The notes under the pieces were generated by a model that saw only the letters and a list, made by a program, of their open reading frames with translations, had not been told where the DNA came from and did not search any database. This document shows positions 38,859-48,638 of a DNA stretch of 64,000 nt, piece by piece. Source of the stretch: an uncultured Bacteroidia bacterium (GTDB lineage: Bacteria; Bacteroidota; Bacteroidia; NS11-12g; UBA9320); contig CALSTB010000005.1 of the NCBI GenBank assembly GCA_943789165.1, positions 56,398-120,397 on the forward strand, written 5' to 3'. Numbering within the stretch: position 1 is the first letter of the stretch; each line of letters starts with the position of its first letter. Both the position numbers and the translations under genes were made by a program.

Positions 38859-41468
38859 TTACTGAATATAGTTTCTTACAAAAAACAACGTGTATGCATC
38901 TGCGTTGTTATCGACAAGCAAAGTACGAAAATTACTTTGAGAGATAATATATAAGTCGTACGCCCGAATACCTACTTCCTTAAAAAACTTGTCTTTTTTA
39001 ATAAACTCCAAGTAGTATGATTCAGCCTTGTCTTTGTCCGCAAAGCTTTGTGCAGCAATCACATTTTTATCTCCAACGATATACGTGTTGATTTTAATAT
39101 TTTCCAATCCGTGTTGTTCACGGTTGTAATCGCTGAAACCTGCAAGGATATCTGTCGTATTGCCACCGTCATAAATCACGATAAAATAGTGTTCTTCACC
39201 CGGATTGAATTTGTATTTCTGTGATTCTTCTTCATTCACATCAACATTGTCCTTTTCTCTTAGGTACTGCAAATTGTAACTGGCTTCATTGGCAATCCGC
39301 GTTCCAGGATATTGGTCTACAATGCGTTGCAATTCAGTCATATAGGCATCTTTGCCTTTGGTGCGACCAAATATTAAAGCCTGTAAGTAATCGAATTTCG
39401 CTTGAAGGCTGTTACCGGCATATTTTTCTGTGACCTCTTGTTTAATGGCTAAGGCTTTCTCATAATCTGCATTCAAGTAAGCCGTATAGGCAGCATCATA
39501 TAAATTCGAAACTTCATTGTTTCCCCCCAGTTGTTCCGCCAATTCTCGATTGTTTAAAACGAGGTTAAACGGACTCTTTGGATATTTTTTATCCAATAGT
39601 TTCGAATATTTATCGGCTTCATCATTAGCCCCTAATTCTGTTGCAATCTTGTTAAGGATGAAATACGTTTCAGGTTCATTTACGCCTTCAGGGAATCTGT
39701 TCAGAGAAGACAATAAATACGTTTTGGCTTTCGGATATTCCTTCAAATCCTCAAAATATATTTTCCCTGTGTTAAACAAGGCCATTTCAATTTTGCTCAA
39801 AGCTGCCAATTTCGCTTCAGCTGAAAACGGAATGTTTTTGTAATACTTCTTCAGATCTTCCGACACATTTTTAATAACATCTTGGGCATCCGAATCTTGG
39901 TCTGGATCATAGATGTCTTTTGTCTTGTCAGCAACCTTATCAGGGTCTTTGGTTTGGTCATCGACCTTATTCAACGTGGCCTGCATACTCACATACCGCC
40001 ACAAATCTGTTTTGGGTCGATTGCCCCATTGACGTTTGAAATCATTTGATCCTCGCGCAACTGCAGAAGTGTTATAGAAGTACCAAGTGCCTCCAGCAAC
40101 AGGAGTGGTGGTGACTTTATTGGGCTGACCAAATGGGTCGAAGTCATCAATTATCGGTTTGTTTTGATTTGCCTTTTCTTTAGCGATTTGTGCTTGCCTC
40201 AGTTCCTCTGCTTGTTGTGCAGCAATTTTTTTATCTAATTCTGGTTTAGGTAATTCCGATAATTTTAACAAACTGTCCATGGTATACACCATAACCAAGT
40301 TTTCAATTAAGTCGGTAAGGACAATCTGTTTTGCTTTGATGTTTTCATAGTCAGAACGTGTATTCGACATAAACATGGCCGTGCTATCAAAATACTTTTG
40401 CGACTTTTCATAGTCCTTTTGTTCAAAGTAAATTTTGGCTAGAGCCAGATAACTATTCGCTTTTTGGTCCTTGTTTTTTACACTCGATTGTGCAGACATC
40501 GCATAGTACGCGATAGCCTCATTCATGTTGCCAGCCTGTACCTCTAAGTTTGCCAACTCAAAATAGATTTGATCATAGTAGTCGATGTTTTTATCATCAG
40601 CCAACATCTTTTTCAAATACTTGCGCGGCGTTCTTAAAGACTTTTCCTCACTCAAGCCAATGGTTTTGATTAGACCTAAGTTTGATTGAAAAGCCAGTAC
40701 GTACGGAGGGTTTAGTTTGATGGTTTTAATGAAATGTCCTTTGGACTTTTCACTTTCTTTGTTTTTGAGATAAAGTTGAGCAAGTATGAAGTTGTATCTC
40801 GACTTTTCGTCGCGCTTTCGCGTTAGTTTTAATGCACCCTCAAGTGCATCAATTGCCTGTAAGTATTTTTCTTGCTGAATGTATATTTCTGCCGAGATGG
40901 CTAAAAAGTCCTTCTGTAATCTACTTGGAAATTCACCTTCTTTCTTAACCACGCTCATGATGGCTTCTGCATCATAAAACTTCTCTTGAGCGATGTAAGA
41001 CATGAGAATACCAAGTTTTGCGTCGTACTTACGCTCGCCATTTGGAAACTGGTTTGCAACGTATTGATAGGTTTCAATCGCTGTGAACAATTCGTTTTGA
41101 AATAGATACGATTGACCTATTAAATACCAAGCGTCATCCACCCATTTGCTCTTTGGGTGTTTTTTAATGACCCCAGAACACTTTTTATATACCTCTTCTA
41201 AATTCGGTTTTTGTGCGATGCGTTGTTCGGCCGTGCCATATGGAAAAACCCGTAAGATTTCATTAAAGTCATCGACGTTCTGTGACTTCAACGTTTCTTT
41301 GGTTTCCATCAATTGAACCTTAGCCAAATACAGTCCATTGAAACGGGCATTCATGTCATGCCAATTCCTTTTTAACCAACTGTCGTTGTTAGATTGCGCG
41401 AAGGCGGATACCTGAATCAGTATCAGAAGGGATAAACCAAGCGCTTTTTTAGGTGCAATTAATGTCAC
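38859..41468 (-). CDS. Large secreted tetratricopeptide-repeat protein
   Basis: Signal peptide followed by many TPR-like repeats over 869 aa. Its start lies 2 bp from the mrcA stop, so the two are probably co-transcribed. Confidence 0.65.
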   Translation of the reverse strand: MTLIAPKKALGLSLLILIQVSAFAQSNNDSWLKRNWHDMNARFNGLYLAKVQLMETKETLKSQNVDDFNEILRVFPYGTAEQRIAQKPNLEEVYKKCSGVIKKHPKSKWVDDAWYLIGQSYLFQNELFTAIETYQYVANQFPNGERKYDAKLGILMSYIAQEKFYDAEAIMSVVKKEGEFPSRLQKDFLAISAEIYIQQEKYLQAIDALEGALKLTRKRDEKSRYNFILAQLYLKNKESEKSKGHFIKTIKLNPPYVLAFQSNLGLIKTIGLSEEKSLRTPRKYLKKMLADDKNIDYYDQIYFELANLEVQAGNMNEAIAYYAMSAQSSVKNKDQKANSYLALAKIYFEQKDYEKSQKYFDSTAMFMSNTRSDYENIKAKQIVLTDLIENLVMVYTMDSLLKLSELPKPELDKKIAAQQAEELRQAQIAKEKANQNKPIIDDFDPFGQPNKVTTTPVAGGTWYFYNTSAVARGSNDFKRQWGNRPKTDLWRYVSMQATLNKVDDQTKDPDKVADKTKDIYDPDQDSDAQDVIKNVSEDLKKYYKNIPFSAEAKLAALSKIEMALFNTGKIYFEDLKEYPKAKTYLLSSLNRFPEGVNEPETYFILNKIATELGANDEADKYSKLLDKKYPKSPFNLVLNNRELAEQLGGNNEVSNLYDAAYTAYLNADYEKALAIKQEVTEKYAGNSLQAKFDYLQALIFGRTKGKDAYMTELQRIVDQYPGTRIANEASYNLQYLREKDNVDVNEEESQKYKFNPGEEHYFIVIYDGGNTTDILAGFSDYNREQHGLENIKINTYIVGDKNVIAAQSFADKDKAESYYLEFIKKDKFFKEVGIRAYDLYIISQSNFRTLLVDNNADAYTLFFVRNYIQ

Positions 41469-41561
41469 GATTCAAATTAATATTGGTATTAGTTATAACT
41501 TTGAATCTGCAATAATATTTTATAACTGGGTAATTTTAGTATTGGAGTTCCCACAATTAAA

Positions 41562-42422
41562 ATGAAAGTATCTCGAATAAAGGAATTTTTAACCAAAAAA
41601 CTGCGGAATCGGTACCGCTTAATCATACGAAATGACGTCAATTTAGAAGAGCGTGTTTCGATGGTGCTCACCCCATTAAATGTGGTTCTGTTGTTGAGTG
41701 GTTTACTCGTAGTTTTTTCTGCTATTGCGATTTTCTTATTGCCTATTACGCCATTACGTTATTTGATGCCTGGAGGAGGGGAAATTAATCCGCGACATTT
41801 TAACGCCATGCAGCAACGATTGGATTCGTTTGAACGTGTAATGGATTTGCAGACTGAAAGGGATTCTAACTTATATCGCATTTTGATGGGAATGGATACG
41901 TTACCTGCTTCGTTTAATGATAAAAAGCTACCTCCCAAGGTGCAAGAAGGTTGGACTTTCTTTCCAACTGCCTCTGCTCAAGCGGTGCCAAGTGGACAGC
42001 AAACAGCCAATTCTGCGACAGAAAAAACGGTAATAGAACAACCACTTAAAAGCGTCTATTCGTTTTATACACCATTAAAAGGCGTGATTACCGATACGTT
42101 TAATGTAAGAAACAAACATACCGCCATAGATATTTCATCGTATCCAAATGCTGCCGTCAAAGCGACTTTGGATGGAACAGTAGTGCTTAGTTCTTGGACA
42201 CCAGAAACCGGGCACGTGATGATATTGCAGCACACCGATAATTTTATTTCAGTCTATAAACACAATGCCGTGTTATTGAAAAAACAAGGCGCTCGTGTTC
42301 GAGTGGGAGAGGTTATCGCGTTAATGGGGAACAGTGGAGAGCTTACTTCTGGTCCGCATTTGCATTTTGAATTGTGGCACAACGGCAGTGCTGTAAACCC
42401 AACAGACTATATTAAATTTTAG
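41562..42422 (+). CDS. M23 family metallopeptidase (membrane-anchored)
   Basis: N-terminal TM segment. The C-terminal M23 domain carries HTAIDI...HLHFELW. Confidence 0.85.
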   Translation: MKVSRIKEFLTKKLRNRYRLIIRNDVNLEERVSMVLTPLNVVLLLSGLLVVFSAIAIFLLPITPLRYLMPGGGEINPRHFNAMQQRLDSFERVMDLQTERDSNLYRILMGMDTLPASFNDKKLPPKVQEGWTFFPTASAQAVPSGQQTANSATEKTVIEQPLKSVYSFYTPLKGVITDTFNVRNKHTAIDISSYPNAAVKATLDGTVVLSSWTPETGHVMILQHTDNFISVYKHNAVLLKKQGARVRVGEVIALMGNSGELTSGPHLHFELWHNGSAVNPTDYIKF

Positions 42423-42440
42423 AATCACCATATTTGCATT

Positions 42441-42848
42441 ATGTTATCAAATAAAAAGAAAGAAACACAAGTATCTCCAAACGGATCAATCAATGTGATC
42501 GGTTCTGATACCGTTATTGAAGGCAACATTACTTCAAATGGCGACGTACGTATTGATGGCACCTTAGTAGGATCTGTCAAAACCTCATCTAAACTTGTTT
42601 TAGGTATATCAGGTAAAATAGAAGGAGATGTGAATGCCAAATCTGCTGACATTAGCGGTAAGATTTCTGGTAACGCACATGTTTCGGAAATTCTGTATTT
42701 GAAATCGACGTCAAGAATCGTAGGCGACATACATACCAATAAACTTGTGGTTGAATCTGGTGGAGAATTCAATGGCAAGTGTGAGATGGGTAAAACTGCG
42801 ATACCAATAGATTCTGCAAAACAAACCAAAGGCGCTATTGGACAATAA
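42441..42848 (+). CDS. Bactofilin (polymer-forming cytoskeletal protein)
   Basis: The beta-helical bactofilin repeat pattern (GNITSNGDVRIDGTLVGSV...GKIEGDV...GKISGNAHV) runs across the whole 135-aa protein. Confidence 0.85.
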   Translation: MLSNKKKETQVSPNGSINVIGSDTVIEGNITSNGDVRIDGTLVGSVKTSSKLVLGISGKIEGDVNAKSADISGKISGNAHVSEILYLKSTSRIVGDIHTNKLVVESGGEFNGKCEMGKTAIPIDSAKQTKGAIGQ

Positions 42849-43044
42849 AGTCGGGCAAAACGTATTAAAATATTCTGGACTCGCTTTCCAGATTGTGGCC
42901 ACAATACTCATTTTGGTATATGCTGGCGGGAAACTCGACACGTATCTTGAAAATACGACGCCTTGGTTTACCTTACTTGGTTCTGTGTTAGGTGTAGTCG
43001 GATCGATGGTGTATTTAATTGTGAAAGTGTCAAAAAACAAATAA
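42838..43044 (+). CDS. AtpZ/AtpI-family small membrane protein (ATP synthase gene 1)
   Basis: 68 aa, two TM helices and a basic C-terminus; it sits at the head of the atp operon. Confidence 0.55.
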   Translation: MDNKVGQNVLKYSGLAFQIVATILILVYAGGKLDTYLENTTPWFTLLGSVLGVVGSMVYLIVKVSKNK

Positions 43045-43121
43045 GCTTTCTTCAAATATTTTCTGATATTAATTGGCATATCCCTACAATAAGTTCACCT
43101 TTGCGGCTGAATTTGTAGTCA

Positions 43122-43493
43122 GTGAAATCATACCTCATTAGATTGATAATTATGGCGGCGGTAGTCGCAGGATTAATGCAGTTAATTCACAGTGCATTTA
43201 GTCTTTCAGTTGCGACTTGGAGCTGGGCGGCTTTTGGTTTCTTTTTTACCTTAAATCTACTGATTCATTTTCTCTCAGAAAGCATGCTGAAATCCAGCCA
43301 AAAATCGTTCTTAACATTTATGTATGGAAGCATCGCAATGAGATTTATTTTTAGCATATTTTTCATAGTTATTTACCTGATGGTCAATGAGGTAAGGGAT
43401 AAAATAGTCATAGTGAATTTTCTATTTCTATATTTATTATTCACAACTTTTGAATTATATCATTTAGTTACTAAATTGCGCACCGAAAAATAA
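43122..43493 (+). CDS. Small polytopic membrane protein, AtpI-like position upstream of atpB
   Basis: 123 aa, four predicted TM helices; the assignment rests on position and size only. Confidence 0.35.
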   Translation: MKSYLIRLIIMAAVVAGLMQLIHSAFSLSVATWSWAAFGFFFTLNLLIHFLSESMLKSSQKSFLTFMYGSIAMRFIFSIFFIVIYLMVNEVRDKIVIVNFLFLYLLFTTFELYHLVTKLRTEK

Positions 43494-43500
43494 GGAGCTA

Positions 43501-44676
43501 TTGATGTTTCAAACCACTGAAAATAAGGAAGTTACGAAAGTGTTTGGATTAAGAAAAATCTTATTGTTTGGCCTGTTTTTCTGTTTTGCAGCTGCGTTTG
43601 CAGTGGCTGAACACGAAGAATCGCATGAAGAACATGCTGAGAAGGAAGAATTTGATGCAGGTAAGATGATTATGCATCACATTGCTGATGCGCACGAGAT
43701 TCACTTTTTCACCTTAAATGAAGGTAAAGAAAATGAATGGCATGCAACAATTCCTTTGCCTATTATTTTAATTGGAGATGGTGGTGTTAAGCTTATGAGC
43801 TCATCGCACTTTTACCACGGAGAAGAAATTCATCTTGATGAAGGTCATGCATATGCGTATGGTGACTATGTTATGATTGATGAAGTAATTTATAATAAAG
43901 ATGCTTCGGGAGATCACGGAATTGCTCGTGACTCAGAAGGGTCAATAACCAATTCAAAACCTTTGGACATGTCGATCACTAAAACAGTGGTTGGTTTGTT
44001 CCTTTCAGTATTTATCCTTCTTTGGATATTCATATCTGTAGGTAAAGCATACAAAAAGAGAGGCCACACGCAAGCACCAAAAGGATTGCAAGCGCTTATC
44101 GAACCTCTTGTTGAATTTGCACATGAGCAAATCATTATTCCATCGGTCGGTAGCAAAGAGAAGGCTGCTAAGTTTACACCGTTCTTATTGTCAGTATTTT
44201 TCTTCATCTGGATAGCCAACTTGTTAGGCTTGATGAGTTTTCTTGGAGGATACAACGTAATGGGATCTATGAGTGTGACTTTGGTATTGGCATTCTTTGT
44301 CTTTGTGATTACCAACATCAACGGAAACAAACATTACTGGAAACACATTTTTGCGCCGGAAGGAGTGCCATTTGCTATTAAGCTGATACTGGTGCCAATC
44401 GAAGCATTACAAATTTTAATTAAACCATTGGTCTTGATGGTACGTTTGACAGCGAACATCACAGCGGGACACATTATCATATTAGCCTTTACTGCGTTGA
44501 TTTTTATCTTCGGACAAAGTAGTGCAGTAGCGGGGTATGGAGTAGGTGTTGGATCTTTGGTATTTATGGTATTTATGTTCTTTATTGAATTGTTGGTTGC
44601 CTTCTTACAAGCCTATGTATTTACATTACTATCGGCCTTGTACTTTGGTTCAGCAGTTGAAGACGGACATCATTAA
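43501..44676 (+). CDS. atpB: F0F1 ATP synthase subunit a (N-terminally extended)
   Basis: The conserved C-terminal region has the essential Arg in LTANITAGHIII. Confidence 0.9.
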   Translation: MMFQTTENKEVTKVFGLRKILLFGLFFCFAAAFAVAEHEESHEEHAEKEEFDAGKMIMHHIADAHEIHFFTLNEGKENEWHATIPLPIILIGDGGVKLMSSSHFYHGEEIHLDEGHAYAYGDYVMIDEVIYNKDASGDHGIARDSEGSITNSKPLDMSITKTVVGLFLSVFILLWIFISVGKAYKKRGHTQAPKGLQALIEPLVEFAHEQIIIPSVGSKEKAAKFTPFLLSVFFFIWIANLLGLMSFLGGYNVMGSMSVTLVLAFFVFVITNINGNKHYWKHIFAPEGVPFAIKLILVPIEALQILIKPLVLMVRLTANITAGHIIILAFTALIFIFGQSSAVAGYGVGVGSLVFMVFMFFIELLVAFLQAYVFTLLSALYFGSAVEDGHH

Positions 44677-44695
44677 CAAGCAAATTTTTATTTAA

Positions 44696-44968
<273 letters not shown>

Positions 44969-44992
44969 GTTAAACTAGAAAAATACTATACT

Positions 44993-45021
44993 GGGGCCGA
45001 TAGTCGGCTCCAGGTTTTTTT
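44993..45021 (+). terminator. Hairpin + T-run between atpE and atpF (probable partial terminator/attenuator)
   Basis: ggggccga / tcggctcc stem (one G.U) with loop tag, followed by TTTTTTT. Confidence 0.5.
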
Positions 45022-45051
45022 CTTGTTTTAAACGAATTAAATTAAGCATTT

Positions 45052-45555
45052 ATGATTCTTCTAAATTTATTAGCAGCTCCTTTGGGTCTTATTATCTGGA
45101 CCTCTTTGGCATTCATTATTGTATTAGTGCTTCTTAAAAAGTTGGCTTGGAAGCCGATTTTGAACACATTACAAGAACGAAATGATTTTATCGATAAATC
45201 GTTAAAGTCTGCTGAAGAAGCGAAAGTTCAAATGAGTCAGTTAAAATCAGACAATGAGAAATTATTGGCTGAAGCGAGAGTTGAGCGCGAAAAAATGCTC
45301 AAGGAAGCTCGCGAAACGAAAGAAAGCATTATTGCTGAAGCAAAGAAAACGGCTTCTGCAGAAGGAGAGCGATTGGTAAACAGCGCACGTGAAGAGATTG
45401 AAAAAGAGAAAGCGAAAGCAATGTCTGATATCAAAACTCAAGTAGCTGCATTGTCTATTGATATTGCTGAGAAAGTGCTTCGTTCAGAATTGTCTAACAA
45501 AGACAAGCAAGCTGAAATTGTTGAAGAACACTTGAAACAATCTCAATTATCGTAA
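45052..45555 (+). CDS. atpF: F0F1 ATP synthase subunit b
   Basis: N-terminal TM segment, then a long charged coiled coil; 167 aa. Confidence 0.85.
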   Translation: MILLNLLAAPLGLIIWTSLAFIIVLVLLKKLAWKPILNTLQERNDFIDKSLKSAEEAKVQMSQLKSDNEKLLAEARVEREKMLKEARETKESIIAEAKKTASAEGERLVNSAREEIEKEKAKAMSDIKTQVAALSIDIAEKVLRSELSNKDKQAEIVEEHLKQSQLS

Positions 45556-45556
45556 T

Positions 45557-46093
45557 ATGTCGAGTAGAGTAGCAACACGATACGCAAAATCACTCATTGA
45601 CTTAGCAAAAGCTCAGTCGATAGACGGCAAAGTGTATGAGGAGATGGAGGCTTTTGGCAACCTAGCTCAGGCTAGTGCTGATTTAAGAAGCTTGTTGTCG
45701 AATCCTGTCGTTTCTGCAAAAGACAAGCTTGTTGTTTTAAACAGAGTATTCGAAGATTCAACAGATTTGACGAAAAGCTTTGTGTCGATGGTAGTAGACC
45801 GAAAACGTGAATCGGAGCTTGCTAGCATTGCAAAAGTGTACATCCAAATGTATGATGAAGCGCAAGGAGTAGTAAGGGTTTCTGTGAAATCTGCCATTGC
45901 TCTTGACGAGAAATCATTAGGTGATGTAAAGCGATATTTAAAAGGCTTGGTAAAGCAAGAAGAACTGCAAATTGAAAACATCATCGATTCTTCCGTAATT
46001 GGAGGCATGGTGATTCAGTTTGACGACAAATTGCTTGACTTAAGCATCGCAAAAGAATTAAAAGAAATTAGAAAGCAATTAATTTATAATTAA
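45557..46093 (+). CDS. atpH: F0F1 ATP synthase subunit delta
   Basis: OSCP/delta family, 178 aa, between atpF and atpA. Confidence 0.85.
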   Translation: MSSRVATRYAKSLIDLAKAQSIDGKVYEEMEAFGNLAQASADLRSLLSNPVVSAKDKLVVLNRVFEDSTDLTKSFVSMVVDRKRESELASIAKVYIQMYDEAQGVVRVSVKSAIALDEKSLGDVKRYLKGLVKQEELQIENIIDSSVIGGMVIQFDDKLLDLSIAKELKEIRKQLIYN

Positions 46094-46099
46094 TAGGTT

Positions 46100-47680
46100 A
46101 TGGCTCAGATCAGACCAGATGAAGTTTCATCGATCATTAAAGAACAGTTATCACATGTTCAAACCGCTGCCCAATTAGAAGAAATTGGTACAGTGTTACA
46201 AGTGGGTGATGGTATTGCCCGTATCCATGGTTTAACAAACGTTAAATCAGGAGAGCTTATTGAATTCGACAATGGTATCAATGCAATCGTATTGAACCTT
46301 GAAGAAGACAACGTCGGAGCAGTTTTACTTGGTGCCTCTTCAGAAATTAGAGAAGGTGACAACGTTAAACGTACAAACCGAATTGCGTCAATCAAGGTTG
46401 GAGAAGGAATGCTTGGACGTGTTGTTGACACACTTGGTAAGCCTCTTGACGGAAAAGGAGAAATCACTGGTGACTTGTACGAAATGCCTTTGGAGCGTAA
46501 AGCACCTGGTGTTATCTACAGAGAGCCTGTAACAGAACCACTTCAAACTGGATTGAAAGCGATTGACGCGATGATTCCAATTGGTAGAGGTCAGCGTGAG
46601 TTGATTATTGGTGACAGACAGACTGGTAAAACAGCTGTTGCGATTGATACTATTATCAACCAAAAAGAATTTTACGACAAAGGAGAACCTGTATATTGTA
46701 TTTACGTAGCTTGTGGACAGAAGTCTTCAACGGTAAAGCAAGTGGTTAAAGCACTAGAAGAAAAAGGTGCAATGGCCTACACAACAGTAGTTTCTTCAAG
46801 TGCTGCGGATCCAGCACCGATGCAGTTTTACGCGCCAATGGCGGGTGCTGCAATTGGTGAGTTTTTTAGAGACACTGGCCGACCAGCCTTGATTATCTAT
46901 GATGATTTGTCGAAACAAGCAGTAGCATATCGTGAGGTATCCTTGCTTCTTAAACGTCCTCCAGGACGTGAGGCATACCCAGGTGACGTTTTCTACTTGC
47001 ACTCAAGATTATTAGAAAGAGCAGCAAAAATCAACAGCTCTGATGAGATTGCAGCTCAAATGAATGATTTACCAGACAACTTGAAGCCTCTTGTAAAAGG
47101 TGGTGGATCTTTGACTGCATTACCGATTATTGAAACACAAGCAGGTGACGTATCTGCCTATATTCCAACCAACGTAATTTCGATTACTGATGGTCAGATT
47201 TTCTTGGAAAGTGATTTGTTTAACTCTGGTGTGCGTCCAGCGATTAACGTAGGTATCTCGGTATCACGTGTTGGGGGTTCTGCTCAGATCAAGTCAATGA
47301 AAAAGACTTCTGGTACGTTGAAACTAGATCAAGCACAATACAGAGAATTAGAAGCCTTCGCTAAATTCGGTTCGGATTTAGACGCGGCAACTAAAGCAGT
47401 ATTGGACAAAGGTTCAAGAAACGTGGAAGTGTTAAAGCAAGGACAATATTCACCATTATCTGTTGGACAACAAGTAGCTATTATCTACTTAGGTACCAAA
47501 GGATTGTTGAAGAATGTACCTGTAAATAAAGTAAGAGCTTTCGAAGCGGAATACTTAGAAACTTTAGCGAAGAAAAGTCCTGATACATTAGCACAACTAA
47601 GTGCTGGTAAATTAAGTGACGAAATCACTGGAGCGTTAGAAACTATTGGTGCTGAAGTAGCTAAAAACTTCGCAGGATAA
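46100..47680 (+). CDS. atpA: F0F1 ATP synthase subunit alpha
   Basis: Walker A GDRQTGKT and conserved alpha-subunit sequence throughout. Confidence 0.97.
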   Translation: MAQIRPDEVSSIIKEQLSHVQTAAQLEEIGTVLQVGDGIARIHGLTNVKSGELIEFDNGINAIVLNLEEDNVGAVLLGASSEIREGDNVKRTNRIASIKVGEGMLGRVVDTLGKPLDGKGEITGDLYEMPLERKAPGVIYREPVTEPLQTGLKAIDAMIPIGRGQRELIIGDRQTGKTAVAIDTIINQKEFYDKGEPVYCIYVACGQKSSTVKQVVKALEEKGAMAYTTVVSSSAADPAPMQFYAPMAGAAIGEFFRDTGRPALIIYDDLSKQAVAYREVSLLLKRPPGREAYPGDVFYLHSRLLERAAKINSSDEIAAQMNDLPDNLKPLVKGGGSLTALPIIETQAGDVSAYIPTNVISITDGQIFLESDLFNSGVRPAINVGISVSRVGGSAQIKSMKKTSGTLKLDQAQYRELEAFAKFGSDLDAATKAVLDKGSRNVEVLKQGQYSPLSVGQQVAIIYLGTKGLLKNVPVNKVRAFEAEYLETLAKKSPDTLAQLSAGKLSDEITGALETIGAEVAKNFAG

Positions 47681-47697
47681 TTTAAAACAAAAGCATT

Positions 47698-48582
47698 ATG
47701 CCTAACTTAAAAGAGGTACGGAATAGGATAACATCAACCCAATCGACGCAGCAGATTACCAAAGCCATGAAATTGGTTTCGGCAACTAAACTGCGTAAAG
47801 CACAAACGGCTATCACTAAAATGAGACCGTATGCTGAGAAGTTGAATGAGATTCTTGTAAATCTGGGAGATAGTGCGAAAGACGACGACGGCTTAAAAGC
47901 GTATTTTGAATACCGAGAGCCTAAAAAGGCATTAGTTGTTGTTGTATCCTCAGATCGTGGATTGTGCGGTGCGTTTAACTCAAACATTATCAAAGCAACC
48001 AAGAAATTGGTTCAAGAGAATTACGAGGCAAACGGAATCGAATTTGAATTAATGTTTATTGGTAAAAAAGCGTACGACCCTTTCAAAAGAGGAGATTACA
48101 ACTTGAACACCAAGAACATGGCTCACTTATTAACGATTGATGCAGAAAGCACTTTTGAAGTAGCTGAAGGCATTATTCAACGTTACAAAAGCGGTGAGTT
48201 CGATGAAGTTCGTGTGATTTACAACGAGTTCAAGAATGCTGCTACACAATACGTTAGAGTTGAGAAAATGCTTCCTGTAGAAATGGAAAAGTTTGAAGCA
48301 AAAGGTGCTAAACCAACGGTTACAGACTACATCTTCGAACCTGGGAAAGCAGAGATTTTATACGATTTAGTTCCTAGAGCGGTCAAAACACAATTGTTTA
48401 AAGCGTGTTTAGATTCATTGGCCTCTGAACATGGTGCCCGTATGGTATCTATGGATAAGGCAACTGAAAACGCTGGTGAACTTATAGAGAAGTTGAAATT
48501 GAAATACAACCAAGCACGACAAGCGGCAATTACCGGCGAGATTTTAGAGATCGTTGGTGGAGCAGCTGCATTGGAGGCTTAG
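47698..48582 (+). CDS. atpG: F0F1 ATP synthase subunit gamma
   Basis: Gamma-subunit N- and C-terminal helices; 294 aa. Confidence 0.9.
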   Translation: MPNLKEVRNRITSTQSTQQITKAMKLVSATKLRKAQTAITKMRPYAEKLNEILVNLGDSAKDDDGLKAYFEYREPKKALVVVVSSDRGLCGAFNSNIIKATKKLVQENYEANGIEFELMFIGKKAYDPFKRGDYNLNTKNMAHLLTIDAESTFEVAEGIIQRYKSGEFDEVRVIYNEFKNAATQYVRVEKMLPVEMEKFEAKGAKPTVTDYIFEPGKAEILYDLVPRAVKTQLFKACLDSLASEHGARMVSMDKATENAGELIEKLKLKYNQARQAAITGEILEIVGGAAALEA

Positions 48583-48603
48583 TACGAATACAAACTTTAC
48601 AAA

Positions 48604-48638
48604 AGAGCCGTACAGCAATGTATGGCTCTTTTTTTTTA
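48604..48638. terminator. Bidirectional rho-independent terminator shared by atpG (+) and the convergent adhesin gene (-)
   Basis: agagccgtaca / tgtatggctct stem with loop gcaa, followed by TTTTTTTTT; the stop of the minus-strand gene lies inside the T-run. Confidence 0.7.

Noticed and set aside
38859-41468. Calling the 869-aa TPR protein SprE/PorW (T9SS component)
   Set aside because: The size fits, but the N-terminus has a plain signal peptide without a lipoprotein Cys and I cannot identify PorW-specific motifs. It is left as a generic TPR protein.
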